64,000 nucleotides of DNA from a virus. Every line of letters begins with the position of its first letter. Position 1 is the stretch's first letter. Below the pieces are notes generated by a model. That model saw only the letters and a program-made list of their open reading frames with translations. It searched no databases and had not been told where the DNA came from. Where the stretch lies: positions 12,759 to 76,758 of IMG/VR virus record IMGVR_UViG_3300023174_000140, one strand, 5' to 3'. Of the stretch, positions 9,557-17,626 are shown one piece after another. A program made the translations under genes and the position numbers.

Positions 9557-9723
9557 TCTAAAAGTATAGTAGAATTATCTAATGGAAATCACTAAAGCCA
9601 AAAAACTAAAGGAGGGTGGCTACGCACTATACGCAGTTGACCCTAAAACTAAAACCGAAACCCAAGTTGGATATATTGGAGAAAATCTGACTTTGGAAGC
9701 GTGGCTTCCTAAAGGAGTTAAAA

Positions 9724-10137
9724 TTGAAAATTCTTGAAGAATCTTTTACTAGCAGAGGCTTTAAGTTCACGATGATTGGTCGTGATGGAGATGTTGCAAT
9801 CTATAAAAAACAATTAGATGAAGTAGACAGCGAAGCCTATAACTATGAAGTTATCGCTATCAAACGCCACAATGGTTACGAGATTGCAGGTGTGAAGATG
9901 CCTCCTGCTGAAATGTATCCAAGCGATAGTCAATGGGGTGATTGGGCTTTCACTTGCTCTACTCGTGAAGATGCAGATAAACGATTTGTTCAACTAAAAG
10001 AAAAACTATCAGCTTATGTTGCCACAGCAACTTTGCCTAATGGTGAGAAGCGTGGTCGTGGCCGTCCTCGGAAGAGTAATGTTCTTCCAGCACCTCCAGC
10101 AGAAATTCACTTGACACCAGAACAATTAGCAGTATAA
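9724..10137 (+). CDS. hypothetical protein with AT-hook
   Basis: KRGRGRPRK near the C-terminus. Confidence 0.7.
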   Translation: MKILEESFTSRGFKFTMIGRDGDVAIYKKQLDEVDSEAYNYEVIAIKRHNGYEIAGVKMPPAEMYPSDSQWGDWAFTCSTREDADKRFVQLKEKLSAYVATATLPNGEKRGRGRPRKSNVLPAPPAEIHLTPEQLAV

Positions 10138-10144
10138 TCCGATT

Positions 10145-10381
10145 ATGACATACAAATGTGCAGTAAGCGGTGAAGCACTTTCACCAGAGAGAGTTGAGGC
10201 TCTGCAAGTCCTCGGCGTTCCAGAGAGTCAATGGACAAAGAAAGAATATAGTCAGACAAAAAAACTACGAGCTGTATATGCAGGTGATGATGGCAGTAAT
10301 GACATCGTGATTTGTGATGCAGTAGATGGTGGCTCTATGTTTGATAATGCAGTAGCATTGGAGGTAGAAAATGAATCTTAA
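10145..10381 (+). CDS. hypothetical protein, leaderless
   Basis: TTGACA..TATAAT-N6-ATG. Confidence 0.65.
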   Translation: MTYKCAVSGEALSPERVEALQVLGVPESQWTKKEYSQTKKLRAVYAGDDGSNDIVICDAVDGGSMFDNAVALEVENES

Positions 10382-10568
10382 GTATATCGTTTTGCGAGAT
10401 GGAGTTCGTGTGAGTGAAGATATGCACTCAAAGATTGAAGATGCCGAGCAAGAAGCGGAGTTTTGGCGTAAAGTCATCCGCTCTTGGCCTGATGGAACGA
10501 AAGTTACCATCAAGAAAATCGGTGGATAACTTCGGAGGCTGACATTGAGCTACGGCTTAGTGTTGATT

Positions 10569-10659
10569 GCTAGGGTCGTCTAACTGGTTAAGACCCACGA
10601 CTTATACTCGTGAAGCTCTAGATTTGAGCGTAATGAAGGTTCGAATCCTTCCCCTAGTA
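10569..10659 (+). tRNA. tRNA with UAU anticodon (Ile, AUA) and long variable arm
   Basis: GCTAGGG/CCCTAGT-A acceptor, CACGA-CTTATAC-TCGTG, 22-nt V region with GCTC/GAGC stem, GAAGG-TTCGAAT-CCTTC. Confidence 0.85.
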
Positions 10660-10921
10660 TGTAAAGCCTTATCATTCAACGAATTATTTTTATTGACTAT
10701 TTCTCTAACTCTTGTATATTAAACCTATGACAAACAAACAATCAGTTCCATTCTATGTGATGAATGTGTTCGGCCAAGATCGAGCTATCATCCTAAACAC
10801 CTCAATCCGTATGTGCACAACCAAAGAGACTTGTTCTCTCAAAGACTTGGAAAATTATGCCAAGGCTTTTGCAGTAGAGTTCTTTCAAGTGCCAAAACCT
10901 TCCAGCTTTCCAGCTAAAGTG

Positions 10922-10993
10922 GGGCAAGTAGTTTAAAGGTGAAACAGAGAACTCATAATTCTCCTAGTGCTGGTTCGAGTCCAGCCTTGCCCA
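10922..10993 (+). tRNA. tRNA-CAU, probably Ile2 (lysidine type) rather than Met
   Basis: GGGCAAG/CTTGCCC-A acceptor, GAGAA-CTCATAA-TTCTC, GCTGG-TTCGAGT-CCAGC. Confidence 0.85.
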
Positions 10994-11120
10994 CTTCTCC
11001 TTCTGCAGATTGGATGCTCAATTCCTATAGTAAGTATTGTGAGCCATCTCAAGAGGACATAGATTGGTATTTTAACAATAAAAGTATTGACAAAAAACAA
11101 AAACAGGATAACATTAAACT

Positions 11121-11507
11121 ATGAAACTAATTAAACAAAACCTCGGTGCTCATTGGGTCATCGGGATTAAAGGCAACAAGGACGAGATTGAGCAGTTCCA
11201 CAATCGAGTCTATAATTGGGGTGGAACAAACGGAGAGCTTCAATGGATGAGTAATGACTTTGCTTATTTTTGGATTACTCTCGAAAAGTTAGAGCGAGTG
11301 ATGTTTAAGTATGTTATGAATGGTATCACAGATAAACTTGGCAAAAAGTTTCGTGGTGCTAAAGGTGGATTGAAAGCAGTTGCGATGAATCGTATTAAGA
11401 ATACTATTGATAATATTCCAAACGAACATTTTGTTCGCACAGCACAAGTGGAGGATATTTATTCCCTCGGAACAATCTCTGCTGAAAAATTAGATAACGA
11501 TAGCTAA
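11121..11507 (+). CDS. hypothetical protein, paralog of 18005..18460
   Basis: Shares YNW.GTNG.L..M and YSLGTISAEK. Confidence 0.75.
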   Translation: MKLIKQNLGAHWVIGIKGNKDEIEQFHNRVYNWGGTNGELQWMSNDFAYFWITLEKLERVMFKYVMNGITDKLGKKFRGAKGGLKAVAMNRIKNTIDNIPNEHFVRTAQVEDIYSLGTISAEKLDNDS

Positions 11508-11513
11508 AAAATC

Positions 11514-11586
11514 CGCCTAGTAGCCCAATGGCAGAGGCAAACGACTTAAAATCGTTATAGTGTCAGTTCGAGTCTGACCTAGGCGA
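11514..11586 (+). tRNA. tRNA-Leu(UAA) with short variable loop
   Basis: CGCCTAG/CTAGGCG-A acceptor, AACGA-CTTAAAA-TCGTT, 5-nt V loop, GTCAG-TTCGAGT-CTGAC. Confidence 0.88.
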
Positions 11587-11596
11587 AAAATTTGTT

Positions 11597-11670
11597 GCTC
11601 CTATAACTCAACTGGAGAGAGTAACAGTTTTCTAAACTGTAGGTTGCAGGTTCGATCCCTGCTAGGAGCG
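11597..11670 (+). tRNA. tRNA-Arg(UCU)
   Basis: GCTCCTA/TAGGAGC-G acceptor, ACAGT-TTTCTAA-ACTGT, GCAGG-TTCGATC-CCTGC. Confidence 0.92.
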
Positions 11671-12073
11671 AAATACTTTCTCTAAATAAAAAATAAAATG
11701 TACTCTATTTATGTGAGAAATATTTTTGATAAATTTGGCGTAGAGTTTTTTGTTTTATTTTTAATGTTAGCGATATCGTGGGGCGGAATACAAGAGATAC
11801 TGAAAATTATAATTACACATCTAAAGTAAGATTTGCCAAATATCTAATAGGATATAATAAATAGTTGAAATATTTCCTAAATAATTGTAATATATATTGA
11901 TATGAAAAGCGAAAATAGATTGAGCAAAATACTTGAGAAAAGAATCTTACAAAACGAAGATCCTAAGACTATTGCTCAAATAGATAAGTTTTTAAATAAT
12001 TTAGAAGTTGTTTTCGTAAAGTGGGCGAAAGCTCATCCCAATTGGAAAGAATCAGAAGAATAATTAAACTGTT

Positions 12074-12148
12074 GTAAGTTGTTGGTTATTAACTATTTAC
12101 ATTCGCGGGGGCTCTTCATGCGTAAGTCGTTGACTATCAACGAGATTT
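12074..12148. repeat. 75-bp bipartite palindromic element, copy 3
   Basis: Half-sites at 12074 and 12122. Confidence 0.88.
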
Positions 12149-12197
12149 AATTTAAGATTTTTCTTGTGAAAAAACAAAGGTATGGTATATTTAACCT

Positions 12198-12464
12198 ATG
12201 AACAAAATCAAAAACGCAATCATATACGCAACCTCATATCTGAAACACTTCGTCCTTTTCCTCTTGGGGCAAAGGTATTTAATCGAATACAAACCCTATG
12301 GTAAGGAGCAGGTTTATACCTACATCATCAGCAAACCCTCTTCTCATACCATCAGCAAGGCAGGGAATAAGCTATTCACTAGCTTCTGCTTTTCTGGTCG
12401 TATGGATTCTGGCGTGAAGCAATTCCGCTATGATCGAATCGCTGGTGGTCTTTCGCCAGTCTAA
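12198..12464 (+). CDS. hypothetical protein, leaderless
   Basis: Promoter directly upstream; terminator downstream. Confidence 0.65.
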   Translation: MNKIKNAIIYATSYLKHFVLFLLGQRYLIEYKPYGKEQVYTYIISKPSSHTISKAGNKLFTSFCFSGRMDSGVKQFRYDRIAGGLSPV

Positions 12465-12485
12465 AAACAGAAAGACATTATAGAA

Positions 12486-12516
12486 AGGGCGAGGCCTAAA
12501 AAACCTCGCCTTTTTT
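12486..12516 (+). terminator. Rho-independent terminator
   Basis: GGCGAGG-CCTAAAAAA-CCTCGCC followed by TTTTTT. Confidence 0.8.
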
Positions 12517-12549
12517 ATTGCAGATAAACAAAAGTATGTTAAGATAGTT

Positions 12550-12767
12550 TTAGTTCTTCGATATCAGAGAAGGTTGACCGCAAGGTTGCAGTTCTGGAAA
12601 GTTTCTAATGGAAACATTAGTTATATATAACGGAACGCCAATACTTCTCTTGGCGAGTCTGACTAACTCCCATAAGAGGATGAACCTGCCAACGCCCAGA
12701 GTCAGAGGCGAAAGAGGAGCAGGATATTCCTTTACGAAATCATGAGCGTAGAGGGTCGAAGAACTAA
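12550..12767 (+). ncRNA. putative large structured RNA (~218 nt) with pseudoknot
   Basis: 12-bp closing stem TTAGTTCTTCGA/TCGAAGAACTAA; GNRA hairpins GACC-GCAA-GGTT and CTAATG-GAAA-CATTAG; CCTGC/GCAGG; TCTGACT pairs with loop AGTCAGA; promoter TTGCAG 12518/TAAGAT 12540. Confidence 0.78.
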
Positions 12768-12943
12768 TTTTTATTACGCCATTTTTCTCTGTGATTGAAA
12801 ACCCAATCTAACAGAGCTTTTTCAAAACCAATATCGTGTCCTGCTTTTTCGCTTTCGAGCCATTTGTGCTTTAGGATTTCATTTCGCTCTTCAATAAACT
12901 TTTTATATAGAGCAGACGATTCAAGTAAACCAGAAACCTTCAT
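12764..12943 (-). CDS. DUF4032-like small protein (59 aa, not in ORF track)
   Basis: MKVSGLLESSALYKKFIEERNEILKHKWLESEKAGHDIGFEKALLDWVFNHREKWRNKN; GTGTAAT starts 14 nt upstream of the ATG. Confidence 0.75.
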   Translation of the reverse strand: MKVSGLLESSALYKKFIEERNEILKHKWLESEKAGHDIGFEKALLDWVFNHREKWRNKN

Positions 12944-12957
12944 ATATTATATTACAC

Positions 12958-13071
12958 CTATTCCCACGGCATCCACATCGTGGCAAACTCTTCTTCGAGT
13001 TTTTCTATTTTTTGTTGTTGTGCCATTTCGTTTGCGAGTTGCTTCAATGCTTTCATATCATCTAAATACAT
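12958..13071 (-). CDS. small hypothetical protein (37 aa)
   Basis: MYLDDMKALKQLANEMAQQQKIEKLEEEFATMWMPWE; GGAG SD and TTGACA promoter on the minus strand. Confidence 0.5.
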   Translation of the reverse strand: MYLDDMKALKQLANEMAQQQKIEKLEEEFATMWMPWE

Positions 13072-13132
13072 ATTAGCTCCTTTGGTTAGTGTTAACTTAA
13101 CATTAACATATTATATTAATTTGTCAATGTTT

Positions 13133-13207
13133 ATATCTCTTTGATAGCCAAGCATTTACGTCGGCAGGGGCTCTTGCGATGTAAATCGTTGATACTCAAT
13201 GAAATTT
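13133..13207. repeat. 75-bp bipartite palindromic element, copy 4
   Basis: Half-sites at 13133 and 13181; lies between divergent promoters. Confidence 0.85.
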
Positions 13208-13246
13208 AAATGTAGACAAAAAACAAAACTCTGATATATTTAAACT

Positions 13247-14086
13247 ATGAAAGTAAACGAAATTATCACCGAAAAATTCATCGAAGCCCTCAACAAAGGT
13301 GTCATCCCTTGGCAGAAGCCTTGGAAAGTTTTTGACCTCTGCAACGGAGTTTCCAAAAAGAATTATAGGGGCATCAATCAATTTTTGCTACGGATGCTGG
13401 CTTCTGATGATTTCTTTTTTACATTCAATCAGATTAAGGAACTAGGTGGGAGAATCAAAAAGGGCGCTAAGTCTCATATGGTAGTTTATTACAAACTCCT
13501 CAAAACAGAAAGCAACAATGAAACCAAAACTTTCCCCATGATGAGATTCTATAAAGTTTTTGGATTGAGTGATATTGAGGGCATGAAGTGGAAACAGCCC
13601 GAAGTTAAGAAGCTGGATTTTTCACCAGTAGAAGAAGCAGAAAAGTTGATTAACAAGTGCGTGATTCAGATTAAACATGGTGGAAGTCGTGCCTGTTATT
13701 ATCCACAGGAACATAAGATTGATTTGCCCCCAAAAGAAAACTTCACCAGCGTTGAGGAGTATTATTCTACAGCGTTCCATGAGATTGGTCACGCTATGCA
13801 CAAGGCTACAAGCGATGAAGTGAAGAATGGATTTGGAACGCAGAATTATAGCAAAGAAGAATTGACAGCAGAGATTTTTGCAAGCCTTTGCCTTAACTTC
13901 TGCGGAATTGATTCGGAAAAATGCTTTAACAATTCTGCGAGCTATCTTTCAAGCTGGCTTCAAGTTTTGAAAAAAGATATGAACTTTATCATCTCAGCTT
14001 CTAGCAAAGCCCAAAAAAGATTTGATGCTTTTATTGATAGAAAAGAAAGCGAAGAGATTCCAGAAGAAGAAGCTGCAACTGCTTAA
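13247..14086 (+). CDS. ardC: ArdC-like antirestriction protein (DUF1738 ssDNA-binding + zincin-like domain)
   Basis: IPWQKPW...YRGIN...TFNQIKELGGRIKKG.K...YYSTAFHEIGH...YSKEELTAE...SASYLSSWL. Confidence 0.9.
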   Translation: MKVNEIITEKFIEALNKGVIPWQKPWKVFDLCNGVSKKNYRGINQFLLRMLASDDFFFTFNQIKELGGRIKKGAKSHMVVYYKLLKTESNNETKTFPMMRFYKVFGLSDIEGMKWKQPEVKKLDFSPVEEAEKLINKCVIQIKHGGSRACYYPQEHKIDLPPKENFTSVEEYYSTAFHEIGHAMHKATSDEVKNGFGTQNYSKEELTAEIFASLCLNFCGIDSEKCFNNSASYLSSWLQVLKKDMNFIISASSKAQKRFDAFIDRKESEEIPEEEAATA

Positions 14087-14149
14087 GTCTCAACGATTTA
14101 CGCAAGCAACCTCCCTGCATATGTAAGTCATTGATAGTCAATGAGATTT
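14075..14149. repeat. 75-bp bipartite palindromic element, copy 5 (overlaps ardC stop)
   Basis: Half-sites at 14075 and 14123. Confidence 0.85.
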
Positions 14150-14198
14150 AATTGTAAAAAAAACTTGTCCCAAAACAAAAACGTGGTAACCTATTTTT

Positions 14199-14834
14199 AT
14201 GTTCAAAAACAAAAAACAAGCCGAAGAGATTGTTGGCACACTCTCAAAACCCTCAAAGATGCCTGGATATGCTTATTCAACGCCCGCAAAGCGTTGTCTT
14301 ATCGGGCAGAAAATGCGGAATGTTGTAGGAAGCATTTGTGCTTTTTGCTATGCTCTTAAAGGGCGTTATGTTTTCCCCAATGTTCAAAAAGCTATGGAAA
14401 AGCGTTTTGCTTCTCTTACCAATGATTTGTGGGTGGATGCTATGACATACTTAATCGGCAAGGTTAAGAATCCGCATTTCAGGTGGCACGATTCGGGCGA
14501 TTTGCAAGGTGTGTGGCATATTGAAAAGATTGTGAAGATTGCAAAGAATCTTCCTCACATTTCTTTTTGGCTTCCAACTCGTGAATATGCTTTCGTTTCA
14601 ACCTATATTGAACAAGGCGGTGAAGTTCCTAGCAATCTTACTATCCGTTTGTCTGCTCTGATGATGGATGGCCCCGCACCCGTAGGAATTGCACAACGCC
14701 TTGGCTTATGCGTTAGCGGTGCAAGCAAGTTAGGAAACTTTAACTGCCCAAGCTCCAAGCAAGGCAACAAGTGCGGTGATTGTCGCAAGTGTTGGGATAA
14801 AAATGAGTTTGCAATCGACTATAAAAAGCATTAA
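14199..14834 (+). CDS. phage gp88-like protein (Cys-rich, radical-SAM-like fold)
   Basis: LSKPSKMPG...C...CAFCYA...FRWHDSGD...WLPTRE...CGDCRKCW. Confidence 0.8.
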   Translation: MFKNKKQAEEIVGTLSKPSKMPGYAYSTPAKRCLIGQKMRNVVGSICAFCYALKGRYVFPNVQKAMEKRFASLTNDLWVDAMTYLIGKVKNPHFRWHDSGDLQGVWHIEKIVKIAKNLPHISFWLPTREYAFVSTYIEQGGEVPSNLTIRLSALMMDGPAPVGIAQRLGLCVSGASKLGNFNCPSSKQGNKCGDCRKCWDKNEFAIDYKKH

Positions 14835-15067
14835 GATGTCTAGATGACATTAATCTTTTTAATTATCCTTGGAATATTATTATCACTATTTATAACATAC
14901 TAAAATGAAAATTGAAAAACTCTTAAATGAAAATCTAGAATCTTTTTATCCTTGGAATGATTCTGATAATCCTCCACTCGACACAAACAAAAGTTTTGTA
15001 GAAAAACAGAGAGAGATTGACGAAGTATTCGAAGGTTGGCGAGCGAGTATGTAAAAAACTTGCTGGT

Positions 15068-15142
15068 GTAAGTCTTTGATTATCAAGGATTTACATCGGC
15101 GGCCTCCCTGCGTGCGTAAGTTGTTGATAACCAACTACTTAC
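15068..15142. repeat. 75-bp bipartite palindromic element, copy 6 (at the convergence of + and - transcription)
   Basis: GTAAGTCTTTGATTATCAAGGATTTAC-N21-GTAAGTTGTTGATAACCAACTACTTAC. Confidence 0.92.
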
Positions 15143-15402
15143 TCACCACATAAATTTTCATCACCAGCCCAGCCAAAATCCTCCATTTGATAACACCCGC
15201 CATTATAGTCTTCGTCAGTTCCATGGCCAGCAGAAGCCATAGCAGAGTCGAAGTCGCCATCCATAGAGTCGTCTGGCTCGTTCGAGGTTTCGGATTTGAT
15301 AGCGCGATCATCTTCGCGCATCTGGTTAAGGATGTCGCGCACATCCAGCGGAGACAGCATATGCTGGCTCATCCACTCCTTGAGAGAGGCTTTGTAGTCC
15401 AT
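15139..15402 (-). CDS. acidic hypothetical protein
   Basis: Probable start MDYKASL (GGAGG SD upstream); DDSMDGDFDSAMASAGHGTDEDY. Confidence 0.7.
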   Translation of the reverse strand: MDYKASLKEWMSQHMLSPLDVRDILNQMREDDRAIKSETSNEPDDSMDGDFDSAMASAGHGTDEDYNGGCYQMEDFGWAGDENLCGE

Positions 15403-15403
15403 A

Positions 15404-15568
15404 TTATTTGACCTCCACAATAGTTTCATTGGAGCCATAGACTCCAGACAACGCATCGAGCATTGCATTAACTTCATCATTGGAATTGATGAAATCAAAG
15501 AACGCATTAGCGTCCGCATAAACTTCCTCGCAGGTTTCCGTCGATAGAGCTGTGATTTCGTTTGTCAT
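15404..15568 (-). CDS. small acidic protein (54 aa, not in ORF track)
   Basis: MTNEITALSTETCEEVYADANAFFDFINSNDEVNAMLDALSGVYGSNETIVEVK; TTGCGC..TACATT promoter just upstream. Confidence 0.6.
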   Translation of the reverse strand: MTNEITALSTETCEEVYADANAFFDFINSNDEVNAMLDALSGVYGSNETIVEVK

Positions 15569-15623
15569 AGATTAAATGTATCACAGATTATTTTTAGCGC
15601 AACATTTATTTTTAAAAAAATTG

Positions 15624-15705
15624 AATAGAAGAATTGCTAATAGTAAATAGGAAATAGCCTAATAGGAAATAGCTCAATACAAAATAGGAAATCACAATAT
15701 CAAAA
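15624..15705. repeat. degenerate 7-8 bp tandem repeat (AATAGGA)n
   Basis: aatagta aatagga aatagcct aatagga aatagctc aatacaa aatagga. Confidence 0.7.
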
Positions 15706-15730
15706 TGTTATGCCCGATTTATCTTTATGC

Positions 15731-15805
15731 GTAAGTCGTTGACTATCAAGGGTTTACGCGCGCGGCGGGCTTTCTTTTGTAAGTGTTTGATAATCAACAT
15801 ATTTG
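15731..15805. repeat. 75-bp bipartite palindromic element, copy 7
   Basis: Half-sites at 15731 and 15779. Confidence 0.88.
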
Positions 15806-15884
15806 ATCTTTTACTTTCATTCAGGTTTTGTCTAAAAATCGGTTTGGATCTTTTGCTTTCGTTCAGGTTTTGTCGCAAGATCAG
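15805..15884. repeat. 42-bp-period tandem direct repeat (2 copies)
   Basis: GATCTTTTRCTTTCRTTCAGGTTTTGTC at 15805 and 15847. Confidence 0.85.
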
Positions 15885-15889
15885 ATTTT

Positions 15890-15964
15890 ATAAGTTGTTA
15901 TTTGTTAAGGATTTACGCAAAAAACCTCCCTGCATGCGTAAATTGTTGATACTTAGTTACTTAC
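15890..15964. repeat. 75-bp bipartite palindromic element, copy 8
   Basis: Half-sites at 15890 and 15938. Confidence 0.85.
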
Positions 15965-16117
15965 AGCAGGTCTCGAAGATTCAAACAACTCGCAGAAAGA
16001 TAGTAAAAAAATCTTTCACGCAAAAAGTTTTTCTGCTCACCATTTTTCACAGCGAGTCTATAAGTTTTTTTATTTATTTTGAAAAGTATTTTTTTCATTC
16101 GTATTGTTAAGTCCATA

Positions 16118-16300
16118 TTATTTGCTCAACCTTTCTTGTGCATCTTTGAGATATTCAAGAGCTTCTCTGATTGATTCGTTTTGCCAACCTTTTGTATAAG
16201 GTTTGACTGCTTCTAATTTAATCACAGCAACCGAGAGGCAACCTTTTGCCCATCCTTTGTTGTGTGCTTCATTCATTATTTTTTCAACTTCAATTTCCAT
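16118..16300 (-). CDS. hypothetical protein
   Basis: Probable start MEIEVEK with AGGAG SD. Confidence 0.6.
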   Translation of the reverse strand: MEIEVEKIMNEAHNKGWAKGCLSVAVIKLEAVKPYTKGWQNESIREALEYLKDAQERLSK

Positions 16301-16301
16301 A

Positions 16302-16721
16302 TTAGTCTCCTTTATATTGTCCACCGCTGTTATATGCTTCAGAGATTCCAGCAGAGATTCTTTTAGTCAATTTTACTTGTTCTAAAAGTTCTTCGGTTGA
16401 TTCAACTTTTTTAATGTCGAAGTATTTTCCAACACTCGTCAAAAGTTCATATCCACCCGAAAGAGTCCAAAGCATTAGATTCTTTAAGAAAGGTAGGTTT
16501 GAGTAATGGCTATGCTCTTTTTCATCAGCATACCAGATTTCGGTTTCAGTAGTTTCACCACCGATTCTCCAAAACGATTTATAGGAAACTTGGATAAAGT
16601 CTCCTGCTTTGATGTTGAGCGAACGGAAAGCCTCAACTGCTTCTTTTTCTTTGCGAGCATTTTCAGCCCTAGCAAGTATCATTTTTTCTCTGAATTGTTT
16701 ATTCTTTTCTTTTGTTGTCAT
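16302..16721 (-). CDS. hypothetical protein, leaderless
   Basis: TTGACA..TAGATT promoter on the minus strand; lone half-site at 16762-16788 upstream. Confidence 0.7.
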   Translation of the reverse strand: MTTKEKNKQFREKMILARAENARKEKEAVEAFRSLNIKAGDFIQVSYKSFWRIGGETTETEIWYADEKEHSHYSNLPFLKNLMLWTLSGGYELLTSVGKYFDIKKVESTEELLEQVKLTKRISAGISEAYNSGGQYKGD

Positions 16722-16774
16722 ATCTATAATCTATCACACTTTCCTATTTTGTCAAGCTATTAAATTTCGTTGAT

Positions 16775-16963
16775 TTACAACGACTTAGGACTTTTCCCAT
16801 TAAGTTTTGCCTTTAGTAAGGCGTGAGCTTTAGCCTTTTCAGGATTATTCTTTTTCCATTCAGACCATCGCTTTTTACGATTAGCCCAAAGAGCTTGATT
16901 TTTTTCTTTGCGTTGAATTTCCCATTCTTGGGAAGTTAATTGTTTTTTATTATCATTATTCAT
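16775..16963 (-). CDS. small basic protein
   Basis: AAGGA SD; stop lies within the lone half-site. Confidence 0.55.
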   Translation of the reverse strand: MNNDNKKQLTSQEWEIQRKEKNQALWANRKKRWSEWKKNNPEKAKAHALLKAKLNGKSPKSL

Positions 16964-16964
16964 T

Positions 16965-17240
16965 TTATTTATTTTCCTTTATTAGTTTAGCGTTATTAAG
17001 GTTGATAGTTCCAACCTTATCTTTATCTTTACCTTCTAGGAAGGTTACAACCGCAGTATTTGCAGAAGTTTTGTAAGAAACTTTTACTAGAGTTCCTTCG
17101 TAAAGGTATATTTCACCAAAGTAAGTTGGTGTATTGTTAGAGTTAGTAATGATTACTTCTTCAGAAGCATTCATATTTTTTCGCATATTTTCACGCATTT
17201 GTTTTCGTTGAAAATTCCAGTTTATCATTCTATGAGTCAT
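16965..17240 (-). CDS. hypothetical protein
   Basis: ORF in the minus-strand early block. Confidence 0.6.
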   Translation of the reverse strand: MTHRMINWNFQRKQMRENMRKNMNASEEVIITNSNNTPTYFGEIYLYEGTLVKVSYKTSANTAVVTFLEGKDKDKVGTINLNNAKLIKENK

Positions 17241-17313
17241 TTTATTTTTTTCTTTCTTTGTTATTTGTTATCTTTTATCTTATGTATATAGTTTACCACA
17301 ATTCCTGCAAAAG

Positions 17314-17502
17314 TCAAATTATTTCTTCAATTTGTTTTTCGTTGATTATCATAGAGTTATGATGAGCAACTTCAACTTTGTGTTCATATTTCGAGAAACT
17401 TTCATCGAGTCTCTTTTGGGATTCTTCAACGGCTTTTTTGAGGTCAGCCGAAGCTTTGTCTAAATTTCCGAGGAGGATTTCTAATTTTGTTTTTCTTTTC
17501 AT
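17314..17502 (-). CDS. small coiled-coil protein, paralog of 18541..18690
   Basis: K.E.L..NL.KAS.DLK.A...LD...KVE..H shared with the paralog. Confidence 0.7.
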   Translation of the reverse strand: MKRKTKLEILLGNLDKASADLKKAVEESQKRLDESFSKYEHKVEVAHHNSMIINEKQIEEII

Positions 17503-17551
17503 ACTTATAATCTATCAGATTTTAGGATTTTTGCAAGATATTTTTTCATTT

Positions 17552-17626
17552 AAATTTCATTGACCATCAACGATTTACGCACGCAGGGAGCCCGCATGTG
17601 TAAGTCGTTGATATTCAATTACTTAC
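17552..17626. repeat. 75-bp bipartite palindromic element, copy 9 (overlaps hydrolase stop)
   Basis: Half-sites at 17552 and 17600. Confidence 0.9.

Noticed and set aside
10541-10564. cUACGg-capped hairpin before the UAU tRNA as a separate ncRNA
   Set aside because: A single short hairpin; more simply a processing/stability element of the tRNA precursor.
10939-11124. 61-aa ORF (and the 3' end of 10712..10936)
   Set aside because: Overlaps the tRNA-CAU gene; the tRNA is the better-supported feature.
12795-13076. 93-aa + strand ORF
   Set aside because: Antisense to two better-supported minus-strand small genes with their own promoters.
15727-16110. 127-aa + strand ORF
   Set aside because: Runs through two palindromic elements and the tandem repeat; likely a by-product of repeat DNA.
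8001-17626. 75-bp elements as a CRISPR array
   Set aside because: Copies are dispersed between whole genes, degenerate, and occur as pairs with a 21-bp semi-conserved spacer; no cas genes are visible.
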